DNA from: Stegostoma tigrinum
Lineage: Eukaryota
DNA: 64,000 nt
Reading direction: 5' to 3'
Assembly (NCBI RefSeq): GCF_030684315.1
Contig: NC_081387.1
Coordinates: 11,324,867-11,388,866 of the forward strand
Part shown: positions 1-12,075 of the stretch, one piece after another
Numbering within the stretch: position 1 is the first letter of the stretch
Layout: every line of letters starts with the position of its first letter
Program-made: the position numbers and the translations under genes
Notes under the pieces: model-generated
What the model was told of the DNA's origin: nothing
Seen by the model: only the letters and a program-made list of their open reading frames with translations
The model's database searches: none

Positions 1-645
1 AGTGTTATTCTCACGTGCTGTCTTTCTCTAGTTCAGCCAAAATAAATATTGCAAACAAAAAGGAAATGTGCCTCTTTTATTTCTACCAGGACAAACTTTC
101 ACTCCAAGTCGTCACTAGCAGCAGGGAGAGCTCTGCATAATTAACTCCAGCAGCCAGTTAACTCGAAATGAAACTTCTGTGCGAGTCTGGCCCTGCAGTC
201 TCGCGCTTCTTATGTCTATGTTTTTAAACAAAGGTAGAACTAAAAAATTCCAACAACCAGACATTCTGGCACCACACCTCTCTCTTAAATGCACAGTCCT
301 TCCACCTCCCCCACCCCCTCCACCACCACCCCGCCACGTAAATCAGTTGTGATTTCCTCCTTCCCATCATCCACTCTGGCTTGTAAGGAAAGATTCCTTG
401 AAAGGAGGAAAGAGACATTGAACTTGGAGATAACAACACTAGGATTTCTAGTGACTGGGGCTGCTAACTCTTAAGATTTTCAAAGCTCCCATTCCTGACT
501 TCAGTCAGTCAGTCCAATCCTTTCCTTGAGTCTCTGGGCTCACAGCCATCTGCACCTCAAGTCCCATGTGAGATAAACCCTAATCAACCTGCCCAGAGAT
601 GGGTACGACATATTTCTGGCTGTGGTGGGACTTGAACCCGGATGG

Positions 646-1048
646 CCCCCTGACCAGTTGAGGAAGGCTCCAGCTGAACCCAGTTACCAGATAGGGCCCC
701 TTTTTCTATTCTGGACGAGGGGTTTCATACGGTGGGGAAAGGCGCGGTGGGGAAAGACCACGGTATGGAACACCTCGTCCAGAATAGAAAAAAGGGCCCT
801 ATCTGGTAACTGGGCCCAGCTGGAGCATTCCTCAACTGGTCAGGGGGACAACGGGGACTGTGCGGGGAGACGACTGCTGGGGAATATCCTTTGCTTTGTT
901 TTTCTTTTCTTATTTGTTTTGTTTTTGCCTTTAGTTGGTGTACGTACCCCCTGGGTAACCCGGAGCGGCTTGCATGACTGGGTGGGTGTATAAATGTTTT
1001 ATTTTCTGTACATTCTATGAATAAAGTATATTTTTTCAAATAAAATAA
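646..1048 (+). mobile_element. Tx1/L1-clade LINE 3' end with inverted 5' duplication
   Basis: Encodes KARWGKTTV (ORF2 C-terminus-like), T-rich 3' UTR, AATAAA and A-rich tail; 646-735 is the inverse of 758-847. Confidence 0.55.
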
Positions 1049-1109
1049 GGTGACGGATTGTCTGAAAACGAACCTTCCAGCTCAGCGAGCAAACTCCCAT
1101 CAGGGATTC

Positions 1110-1878
1110 AAGTTAGAGGATGGCTATGATAGTACTGGAGAGGATACGGGAGAGATTTATCTGAATGTTGCCTGGACCGGTGTGTTTTATTGATGCGGAG
1201 AGATGGGACGCACTGTTTTCCTTAGAGCAGAAGAGATTGAGAAGGGTCGTGACTGAGATGTATAAAATTATGAGGGACACAGAGTAGACATCAAGAAGCG
1301 TTTTCCCTTTTTTGTGGAGGGGTCAATAACTAGGGGACGCAGATTTGAGGTAAGGGGCAGGAGGTTTAGAGGGGATGCAATGAAAGCCTTTTCACGTTGC
1401 GTGTGGTGGGAATCTGGAACTCTCTGCCTGTCGGGATGGTAATGACAGAAATCCTCACAATATTTAATAAGCATTTAGATGTGCAGCGAAGTGCATGTGC
1501 CAAGTGATGGAAAATTGGCTTATAAAAGTTAGGTACGAAATAAAAACCGAAAGAACTGCTGATGCTGTAAATCAGGAACAAAAACAAAGTTGCTGGAAAA
1601 GCTCAGCAGGTCTGGCAGCATCTGTGAAGGGAAAAACGGGGTTAACGTTTCGCGACCGGTGACCCGAAACGTTAACTCTGCTCTGAGTTCTGAGGAAGGG
1701 TCACCGAACCAGAAATGTTAACTCGGTTTTTCCCTTCACAGATGCTGCCAGACCTGCTGAGCTTTTCCAGCAACTTCTGTTCTTGTTACAAGAGTTGGGT
1801 ACTTGTTTTTGACTGGAGTGGACCCGATGGACCGAATGGTCTTTTAGTGTTATAGATTTCTATGAGTCGATGATTCTA
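1110..1878 (+). mobile_element. Degenerate CR1 LINE 3' fragment interrupted by a fold-back element
   Basis: LFSLEQKRLRR-like CR1 C-terminal coding remnant and ttctatga tail. Confidence 0.7.
1537..1787. mobile_element. Penelope-tail-derived fold-back element (family B) with hammerhead-like core
   Basis: Long inverted arms; CTGAGGA...GAAA core at about 1690-1724; diverged 15-bp flanking repeat ataaaagttaggtac / acaagagttgggtac. Confidence 0.7.
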
Positions 1879-3325
1879 AAGGTGACTGGAAATGTTTAAG
1901 TTAAGTCATGAGTCAGTTGTCTGGAGTATCAATAGAGTTGTTTAACCCACCGCTCTTTGGATTCAACCAGAAAAAGCCAATATCAGTGTAAATATTATTC
2001 AACGTTATTGACTGAAGTTGCAGAGGGGTTTGACTATATTCGAAAGATATTTACATTTCTGCAGAAAGGAGGATGAATTTATGAAACAGAACAGAAGCCA
2101 GTGCCAGTAATGATTTTATACACTCCAACTTTCGTGCTGAAACTAAAGGTTTGAAATATTCACCCCTAAACAGTACTGTTTTGAGAAGTGCTGTGCAAAG
2201 TGAGATTCCCGAAATTGCAGAGTCGTGGACCCCTTGGAAAACATTATAACACTTCTTATTCCATTTTAATGTTTTCTGCATGTCTTGCTTCCCAGCTAAA
2301 TTGTAGAAGGCAAAGTATTTGCAAGTGAGATTGGCATTCCTTCCAATCGGATTAACATTCTCCACGCATGAGTTATACACTTAATTTTGCACTCGACTGG
2401 ATTGTGCTCCACTCGCAATATCATAAAGATCGGGTGGGGCGGGGCGTTGGGGACGGGGGAGGGGATTAGGATGTGGAGGATGGAAATTTTGCGCTATTTT
2501 GCGGCCATTTAAGTTCAGTTGCCTTCGCGCTCACGTTAAAGCTGGTCAAGCGTTTCGATTTCGCAGAATGATCGAGCGTACAGCGGTGGGAGGAAGTTTT
2601 TGAATGACAGCGCGAGTTTGCAGGTAACTGTGCGGTGTGCCGACCACCCAGATTCTGCAGGAGTCGGTTTACTCAATCTCACGCCTAGAGTTAGAATCGC
2701 TGGAGAATGAAGTTGCCCCGTTACGAGCAAGACCACATTACTCGCGTTGGGTTCAACTAATTCATGGTAGTGGCGACAATTCCAAAATATATTGAACACG
2801 ATCGTTCGACTGTCTCAAATACTGATCACTTCATTAAGTATCCGACAACTAATTATAAACAGAGAGTGACCACAAAGCAGTTCAATAATACCAAGCGTTC
2901 TCCTCAGTCAAAACCAACCGTGAACTAAACTAAACAAGCGGAGCTGGCGTTCTGAAACAAAAACAGAAATTGCTGGAGAAAGTCAGCAGGGCTGGTAGCA
3001 TGCATGGAGAGAGGAAATAGAGCGAACGTTTGGAGTTCAGTCACATCAGTGAAGGCTGAGTTTCTCCAGAAATTCCTGTACCTATTATCTCTAATAAAAT
3101 CAAAGCTGTTTGTTCTTTTCATATTCTGTGGGAAGTGTTTCCAAATTGTAAACTCAGCCCTTCGACGTGATTAATCTGTTAGGTAGTTAGGAAAGGTTGT
3201 GCGAGAGAAAATGACAGAAGTGGTATTCGATAACATTTGCCAGACTTCTGTCATTTTCTCTTTCACAACCTTTCCTCATCCCCTTCCATCAACACGCACA
3301 CATAGCAAACACTTTAGTACGTGCT

Positions 3326-3543
3326 CAGAGATAATGGGAACTGCAGATGCTGGAGAATCCAAGATAATAAAATGTGAGGCTGGATGAACACAGCAGGCCA
3401 AGCAGCATCTCAGGAGCACAAAAGCTGACGTTTCAGGCCTAGACCCTTCATGATGAAGGGTCTAGGCCCGAAACGTCAGCTTTTATGCTCCTGAGATGCT
3501 GCTTGGCCTGCTGTGTTCATCCAGCCTCACATTTTATTATCTT
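3326..3543. mobile_element. Penelope-tail-derived fold-back element (family A)
   Basis: Near-perfect hairpin 3361-3543 plus a one-sided ~35-nt extension; perfect TSD ACTTTAGTACGTGCT (3311-3325, 3544-3558). Confidence 0.85.
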
Positions 3544-4619
3544 ACTTTAGTACGTGCTGCTATTTTATAGCCGAACTAGTAGCTAGTGGCTATTTTGTAC
3601 TGTGATCTCAACTGAGAACTCAACCCATCCACCAAACAGTTAATACGATGCGTTTTCCTATACCTCAGCCCTCGCCTGAGGTGCAGTGACCCTGAGATTA
3701 AATCTCTAATGGGGGAGCACCCATTATCTGTGATCTGGTAAGACTGCAGTAATTTCACCTTGAATTGGAAGGCATTTTCAAACCATGACTTTTGCATCCT
3801 CAACTGAATGGTTTTACTGGATCGTCGTCAATCATACCATCCAATAGACAACATTTGCTTATCATTTCTGCATAAAAACCGAGATGTCCCCTACCAGTAA
3901 GATGCAAATCTCTAAACTTAATGCCACTTTCCTGCTGATTTTACTTAATCAATTTCACGTGCACAACTTGGAACTCTGCAAGAAACCGTACAATCACCAA
4001 CTGTCTCATTTTCCTGCATTATTTCTGACTTAGTTCATTAACGTTTTGCGGAGCTTCAGAATAGGCCGGAACGCAAGTGCTGACCTCTATGTGATGGGAT
4101 TGATTTATTTGTTTCAATGGTGTTGAACATCAGATGAGGTGCAAAGCAGCTCGCACAGAGTCGCTGCCCACGGAGAATTACCAATTCTACTGCGAAATCC
4201 AAAAGCTCTTTGGTTTACCTGCTAACCTTCCTCTGAAGCGTGAACGATGTTCTGTGATTGTGGTAAGACATACCACACGAGGTGGACTCTGAATATTAAG
4301 TGAGCACTCGATTTGACCCCCTTTAACTTGACCTATGTTTCAAGCTATGCATCAAATAGAAGCCCTTTTCAGTTCTTGCCCTTGTCTCATTCCTGGGCCC
4401 ATCAATTAAAGAGAAAGCATTCAGCATGAAGGGGCTAATCATCAGCTTGCTAAGGGCTCCCATAATTCTTCATTATTTCTAAAGGGAGGAAGACGTGTTG
4501 GAAGGTAGAAAGCAAACAAGGTAAGAAAATATAAATGATATACATTTATTAAAGTTCCACCACTTAAAACCTAGATATACATTACCTTAAAGAGAAATCT
4601 AAGCAGGATATTGATAAGA

Positions 4620-4771
4620 GATAATGGGAGCTGCAGATGTTGGAGAATCCGAGATAACAAAGTCTGGAGCCTGAATGAACACAGCAGGCCAAGCAGCACA
4701 AAAGCTGACGTTTCGGGCCTAGACCCTTCATCAGAAAAGCTGCGCTCATCCAGCTCCACAATTTGTTATCT
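4620..4771. mobile_element. Fold-back element family A, internally deleted
   Basis: Same terminus; core CTGATGA...GAAACGTC on minus strand 4707-4734; TSD aggata(t/c)gataaga. Confidence 0.75.
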
Positions 4772-6039
4772 AGGATATCGATAAGATTTTTTTTCATGAC
4801 TTGCTACATAGCAACACAAAAACGACAGTGTTGCTGTGGACCCTTTGTGTAGCCATTCCCAAATTGTTGCATGTTGAAAAAGGTTTAAATTTCATCCAAT
4901 ATATGTTAAACTGGTACTCAAATGCTTTAAGCAAGTTTTGCTAAGAAATTTCCAAGCTACGCAAGTACGTTAATAGTCTTCTCGTTCCTAAACGTTTTTT
5001 CTTTATTCTTCAAGAACAGGGACTTCGCAGTTCAAGAAGGCAGCTCATCACCACCTTCTCAGGGGCCACCAGGGACGGGCAATGAATCCTGGCCCAGCCG
5101 GCGACGCCCATGTCCCATGAGAATATAAAACAAGAATAATAATTTGTTTTTGATTAATTTTCCAATGAACTGTACTACTTTAGCATAAAAAGAATTACGT
5201 GATAGCTGAATCATCAGTAACAAGGATATTTGTCCTGCGTTTGTAATGGGTTGCAGTCGGGATTTTGCTGTTAACAACACTACCATCGTAAAGTGTGAGC
5301 TGTTGTTCTTCCTGACTTCGGCAAACTGTTGAATTTGTCCACTCTGTTCTGGGGGTATTAAAAAGTTGCCGCAGTTAACGTGGATCACAGCGTCTAAGCG
5401 TAAATGGTGTAAATAATAATTTGTTAAAATTGCAACGATGCTTTAGTGAAGGTATCAACGACACGTATTGACGAAAACAGAGAAATTTATTGGAAGGCAG
5501 TATCTCAATCTATTAGAGCAGACTTTTCAACCAATAACACCTATTTCATCTGTAGCGTTTTTTACATTTGTTCCGATGAGTACAAGACTAAAAGCTTGAG
5601 AACATTTATCTTCTTTTCCAAAAGAATATTCACTTTCTGTGCTAATAAGGGACCGTTTGTAAAAACTTCTGGTCAATTTCTCATGTTGGCAAATATTCCT
5701 TAAGTTCATAGGCTATGTAATGAGTCTTATTATCGCAGACAACTTCCCATTAAAAGTAACATTATTAATTGGGCTTTATTTTATCTTTTCAGTTTTCCAA
5801 TGTACCGAATAACGAGCATGGTGGCAAACACATAATGGATCAGACTCTGTATTATCCTGGCTTGCAGGCTTCATTAATAAATGCTGACTTATACCATGAA
5901 TTGTTTGCCTTGTATTTCCTCTCAGGAGGACAGTCAAGTGATACTGTTGCGGGGACGTGTTACAATGTTTTAGGACAGTTTGAATGAGCCTTTAAAAATT
6001 GAACTGTTTATAAAGGACAAATGTAGAGATGTAATGGTT

Positions 6040-7010
6040 AAGATCCGTCAGAACAAATAAACCTTATTGCTTCTGAAAGTAACTGAAGTGGTGGACCCGG
6101 ACATTTCTTGCATGTAATTGATGTGGATTTCAATTAGACATTCCACAATCGTCCCTGAGAAATATTATTTCGTAAAAAATGAAGATCACAGAATGGAAAT
6201 CAAATTATAAACTTCATTAAACATTTACCTTGGCTGTTGCGGACTGACAGTAGGGATAATAGGTGTAGACTCAAAACAAGAATGAAGTAACCAATAGCAT
6301 CACACGTGTTGGCGTTGGATTCCTACTGGTAAACTGCACATTTTAATGAATAGGTAGTATAATAAAGATATATCTAAGTTAACAAAGATTTAAAGATAGG
6401 AGATAAAGTAAGTCATATAAACGGAAAATGAAATGAAAAGTGAGGTGGAATAATGGTAAAAATTGTGGTAAATTATTTAATGTGGGCGGTGTTTAATTAT
6501 CCATCTTGGATTTAAAGAAATGAAGAGAGTAGAGTATGACCAAATGGAGAATAATAGATATAGAATTCCAAACAAGTTTAAGGATCTTATACACCCAAGG
6601 CATTAAGCTCTCATGCCGATTACAAAGTAAAGGAAACAAATGGAATGTTAACATTGATACTTCATACAGTAGAAATTAAAGGGGAGGTAATATTTTCCCT
6701 ATGACAACGTAAATCCCTGGTTTGGACCATGTCTGGAGTATAGTGCTGCGTACACTCTGGACTCTATGCCTAAAAATGAAAGTTTGCAATAAAAATTTTA
6801 AAAAATTGCAAAGGATATATGTTACAGAAATGGTGCGGGTCAAGGTTACACAATATTAAATTTTATCCACGGACCAAAACAGTTTTTTTGCCTTGGTTAT
6901 TAAAGGGTATATAGATTCCTGGTTTGTTAATGAAAAAGGATCTGCATCAGCCTTATTATAATTTAGTAAGGAAACACACTCGAGGGTTTGAGTGGCCTCC
7001 TCCTATTCTG
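6040..7010 (+). mobile_element. Highly decayed CR1 LINE
   Basis: Remnants of the DV..DF..AFD, KSLVWTMSGV (KxLVRPHLEY-like) and 3' UTR motifs. Confidence 0.5.
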
Positions 7011-7197
7011 ATGCAACACCTGGTAAAAACCCCACCTTGGGCAGACAGACAAACCTCAATGACCCTCCTTCACAATTTAAAAATGCAAGCTTAACCCTTG
7101 CATTGCCGAAGTTAAGCAGGAACAAAAGTTCCTCGTAGGCTTCCAACCGCTGGCCTATAAGTGCAATGTTATAATTACCGATCTCTGAAGCCTGGTG

Positions 7198-7256
7198 ACT
7201 TTCACTTTGTTCTAAAGTGAGAGACAGACAGGGACTTTCTTTTATAGTTGACCAAT
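7198..7256. promoter_or_regulatory. IRF/ISRE + NF-kB-like + CCAAT motif cluster
   Basis: ACTTTCACTTT (7198-7208), GGGACTTTCT (7231-7240), CCAAT (7252-7256) in apparently non-repetitive DNA. Confidence 0.35.
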
Positions 7257-7842
7257 GAATGACCAGTCACCATGCTGTTTCGTGCAGTCAAAAAAATTGA
7301 AGCTCTGTCATTGCACTCAAAGTGGCTCCAATAACATCGTCTGGGCTGAGGGTTCAGTATTTAAGACTCAGTAATGGAATACCTGAGCAGGAATGAATCA
7401 CTGGGTTTAAGCAGTCATCTGGTAAAAGTTGCCAATACATACGTTTGGTGCAGTAGTAATCCTCATGGGCTGGGTAGGAGGCGCAAATCCGATCTTCCTC
7501 CAGCGGTGTGTCCGAGTGGATTGTTTCGGGTTTATTCTTAACAGAGAAAAACGTCCAGCAGGAGGCGCTTTCCTGAATTCGAATAACTCATCGCCAGCCG
7601 TTCATCGGGCTTATAAATGAAATAGGCCCCTTGTGCTGCAGCTGAAAGAACCGCACACGACCTTGAGCTAAAAAGAGGCTGTGAGGCAGCAACAGGGAAG
7701 TAATTAGAGAATCAACTGCCGGAGAGTATTTTTCTTTCTCTCCGCCGAGATGCCCCAAAATCCAGTGATTCCCGCTGGGCTTTTTGCTTATATTATTATT
7801 AGTTAAGTTATATTATTTTCTGAAGTCGTTATTGTTTTGCTA

Positions 7843-9480
7843 TAGAACAGAGGACATAGAACAATACAGCGCAGAACAGGCCCTTCGGCCCTCGATGTTG
7901 CGCCGACCTGTGAACTAATCTAAGCCCATTCCCCTACACTATCCCATTTTCATCCATATGCTTATCCAAGGACTGTTTAAATGCCCCTAATGTGGCTGAG
8001 TTAACTACATTGGCAGGCAGGGTGTTCCATGCCCTTACCACTCTCTGAGTAAAGAACCTGCCTCTGACATCTGTCTTAAATCTATCACCCCTCAATGTGT
8101 AGCTATGCCCCCTTGTACAAGCTCAAGTCATCATCCTCGGAAAAAAGACTCTCACTGTCCACCCTATCTAAGCCTCTGATCATCTCGAATGTTTCTATTA
8201 AATCCCCTCTTAGCCTCCTTCTCTCAGATGAGACCAGACCCAAGTCCCTCAGCCTTTCTTCATAAGACCTTTGCTCCAGACCAGGCAACATCCTGATAAA
8301 TCTCCTCTGCACCTTTTCCAATGCTTCCACATCCTTCCTGTAACGAGGTGACCAGAACTGCACGCAATATTCCAAATGAGGCCGCACTAGTGTCTTGTAC
8401 AGTTGCAGCATGACATCACCGCTCCAGAACTCAATCCCTCTACCAATAAAACCTAAAACACCGAAAGCCTTCAAAATGGGTGGCAACTTTCAGGGATCTA
8501 TGTACATGGACACCAAGAGCCCTCTGCACATCCACACTGCCAAGAATCTTTCCATTAACACAGTATTCTGCCTTGCTATTATTCTTCCCAAAGTGAATCA
8601 CCTCACATTTATCAGCATTGAACTCCATTTGCCACCTTTCAGCCCAATTCTGCAGTTTATCCAAGTCTCCCTGCAACATTCTTCCACACTGTCCACCACT
8701 CCACCGACTTTAGTGTCATCTGCACACTTAATAACCCATCCACCAATGCCTGTGTCCAAGTAATTTATAAAAATGACAAACAGCGGTGGTCCCAAAACAG
8801 ATCCTTGAGGCACACCACTAGTAACCAGACTCCAGGCTGAATATTTTCCATCAACCACCATTCATTGCCTTGTTACAGAAAGCCAGTTTCTAATCCAAAC
8901 TGCTAAATCTCCCTCAATCCCATGCCTCTGTATTTTCTCCAATAGCCTACCATGTGGAACCTTATCAAAGGCTTTACTGAAGTCCATGTACACCACGTCA
9001 ACTGCCCTTCCCTCATCCACATGCTTGGTCACTGTCTCAAAAAAGTCACGGACGTTTGTGAGACACAACCTGCCCTTGACGAATCCATGCTATCTCCAAT
9101 CAAATTGTTGTTTGCTAGATGATTATAAGTCTTTTCTCTTATAATCCTTTCCAAAACTTTTCCTACAACAGACGTAAGGCTCACTGGTCTATAATTACCT
9201 GGGTCATCTCTACTGCCCTTCTTGAACAAGGGCACAACATTTACAAGCCTCCAGTTCTCTGATACTAAACCTGTAGACAATAAGGACTCAAAGATCAAGG
9301 CCAAGGTCAAAGGCTCCACCACCTCCTCCCGAGCTTCCCAGAGAATCCTTAGAAAAATCCCATCTGGCCCAGGGGATTTATCTACCTTCACACCTTCTAG
9401 AATTGATAACACCTCATCCTTACTAACGCCCATCCTTTCAATTCTGGAAGCCCGTAACTCAGTCTTCTCCTCTACAATAT
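7843..9480 (-). mobile_element. CR1 (HER1-type) LINE, 5'-truncated and frameshifted
   Basis: RT motifs [37 protein letters not shown]; (ttctatg)-type tail. Confidence 0.95.
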
Positions 9481-9626
9481 TCAACAATCAGTGGATATCA
9501 GTGGATTGCATCTGCAGCTGACCACAGATATGCTACACCATGTGTAGCTCATTGAGTCCAACACTTACATGCCTCATGGTCATGGGACCTCGTCTTTCAT
9601 TTCATAGTTTGTGCTAATTTGGACCT

Positions 9627-10958
9627 TTGGAAAAGGTTATGAGAGATAGGATTTATAATCATCTAGAAAAGAATAAATTGATTAGGGACAGTCAGCATGG
9701 TTTTGTGAAGGGAAGGTCATGCCTCACAAACCTTATTGAGTTCTTTGAGAAGGTGACCAAACAGGTAGATGAGAGTAAACCGGTTGATGTGGTGTATATG
9801 GATTTCAGCAAGGCGTTCGATAAGGTTCCCCACAGTAGGCTATTGTACAAAATGCGGAGGAATGGGATTGTGGGAGATATAGCAGTTTGGATCGGAAATT
9901 GGCTTGCTGAAAGAAGACAGAGGGTGGTGGTTGATGGGAAATGTTCATCCTGGAGACCAGTTACTAGTGGTGTACTGCAAGTGCCAGTGTTGGGTCCACT
10001 GCTGTTTGTCATTTTTATAAAGGACCTGGATGAGGGTGTAGAAGGATGGGTTAGTAAATTTGCAGATGACACCATGGTCGGTGGGGTTGTGGACAGTGAA
10101 GAAGGATGTTGTAGGTTACAGAGAGACATAGATAAGCTGCAGAGCTGGGCTGAGAGGTGGCAAATGGAGCTTAATGCAGACAAGTGTGAGGTGATGCACT
10201 TTGGTGGGAGTAACCAGAAGGCAAAGTACAGGGCTAATGGTAAGATTCTTAGTAGTGTAGATGAGCAGAGAGATCTCGGTGTCCATGTACACCGATCCTT
10301 GAAAGTTGCCACCCAGGTTGACAGGGCTGTTAAGAAGGCATACAGTGTTTTAGCTTTTATTAATAGAGGAATCGAGTTCCGAAACCATGAGGTTATGCTG
10401 CAGCTGTACAAAACTCTGGTGCAGCCGCATTTGGAGTATTGCGTACAGTTCTGGTCACCACATTATAAGAAGGATGTGGAAGCTTTGGAAAGGGTGCAGG
10501 GGAGATTTACTAGGATGTTGCCTGGTATGGAGGGAAGGTCTTATGAGGAAAGGCTGAGGGACTTGAGGCTGTTTTCGTTAGAGAGAAGAAGGTTGAGAGG
10601 TGACTTAATTGAAACATATAAAATAATCAGAGGGTTAGATAGGGTGGATAGGGAGAGCCTTTTTCCTAGGATGGTGATGGCGAACACAAGGGGGCATAGC
10701 TTTAAATTGAGGGGTGGAAGATATAGGACAGAGGTCAGAGGTAGTTTCTTTACTCAGAGAGTAGTAAGGGAATGGAACGCTTTGCCTGCAACGGTAGTAG
10801 ATTCGCCAACTTTCGGTACATTTGAGTCGTCATTGGACAAGCATATGGACGTACATGGAATAGTGTAGGTTAGATGGGCTTGAGATCGGTATGACAGGTC
10901 GGCACAACATCGAGGGCCGAAGGGCCTGTACTGTGCTGTAATGTTCTATGTTCTATGT
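9627..10958 (+). mobile_element. CR1 LINE, 5'-truncated, with an open 413-aa RT frame
   Basis: QHGF, DFSKAFDKVPH, FADD, HLEYCVQFWSP; (ttctatg)n tail. Confidence 0.95.
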
Positions 10959-11454
10959 ACCCACCGCTATCCGATAAAGGTATCACACAAGATACAGACC
11001 CAATAACACAGAAGTTTTGCAATATGGTGCGAAGATGGGTAATATTGCCTACAGGGTTTTAAATATGAACCGTGTAACAAACTATGTTTGACAGAGTGGT
11101 TCCAATTGAAAGTTGCAACCTTGTGAAAGAAAAGACAATTCCCAATTGCTGATATACTGTGTAGTGATTGGAACCAAGTGGGTCTTATTGACTACGTATG
11201 TCTGAGTAATTTTGCTTAATAAATCTATGGATTGGCAATTCAAAGTCTTGTCCTGACCTGGAGTTGAGGAGGGTAAACGGATTCATTTCTTCGCCTATTT
11301 CCTCCACTAGTTATAGTAAAATTTGAATCGTAGACTTGCCTATAACAGCTGTCAGTCTCTTGTAGTAGAAAAATAACGCATGGTTTGATGCAAAGCATAA
11401 CCCAGGCAGTGATGCAACGTTACTAAATGTCCAACTACATTGTTTGAAAAATAA

Positions 11455-11526
11455 TACACACAAACGTATACACACGCGCACACACACACAGACACAAACA
11501 CTTGCGCACACAGGCGTACAAAGGCA
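11455..11526. repeat. Imperfect (CA)n microsatellite next to the assembly gap
   Basis: cacacgcgcacacacacacagacacaaac. Confidence 0.8.
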
Positions 11527-11720
11527 NNNNNNNNNNNNNNNNNNNNNNNNNNNNNNNNNNNNNNNNNNNNNNNNNNNNNNNNNNNNNNNNNNNNNNNNNN
11601 NNNNNNNNNNNNNNNNNNNNNNNNNNNNNNNNNNNNNNNNNNNNNNNNNNNNNNNNNNNNNNNNNNNNNNNNNNNNNNNNNNNNNNNNNNNNNNNNNNNN
11701 NNNNNNNNNNNNNNNNNNNN
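11527..11720. other. Assembly gap (194 N)
   Basis: Run of n. Confidence 1.
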
Positions 11721-11971
11721 TAATGCTCAGTCTTGTCGTTGAGATACGTTGGCCCAGTAGCAGTTAAACTCGGTAAAAAGGACTGTCAGTCTACAACAGC
11801 TAAAGTAAATGTTTAATGAGGTTTATAATTTGATTTCCATTCTGTGATCTTTATTTTTACGAAATAGCCTTTCTCAAGCACTTAAGTACAAGATGGTTCT
11901 GAGCGCAGCCACTTTCTTCATCAGCTGCTGGTACTGGGCGGGGTTTCATTCGGGATCAGGCATCAGGAAAG

Positions 11972-12075
11972 AGATCACAATGTGCAGAGCTGGATGAACA
12001 CAGCAGGCCAAGCAGCATCAGAGGAGCAGGAAAGCTAATGTTTCGGGCCCCAGACCCTTCTTGAAATCCCCTTTT
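11972..12075 (-). mobile_element. Penelope 3' tail fragment
   Basis: gctggatgaacacagcaggccaagcagcatc shared with family A. Confidence 0.7.

Noticed and set aside
90-140. Acceptor followed by a short ORF DKLSLQVVTSSRESSA*
   Set aside because: No recognisable homology or context; too short to support
2540-2710. RKFLNDSASLQV resembling Ig D/E strands
   Set aside because: No properly spaced Cys, Trp or YxC; likely chance
3361-3543. Long hairpin as a pre-miRNA or DNA-transposon MITE
   Set aside because: Arms derive from a Penelope 3' end, the extension is one-sided, and the 15-bp TSD is atypical of DNA transposons; small-RNA production is not excluded but has no evidence
9692-10411. Long antisense ORFs over CR1 elements (also 28026-28610, 29733-30125)
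   Set aside because: Shadow frames of RT coding sequence
11444-11767. ORFs spanning the N run
   Set aside because: Artefacts of the assembly gap
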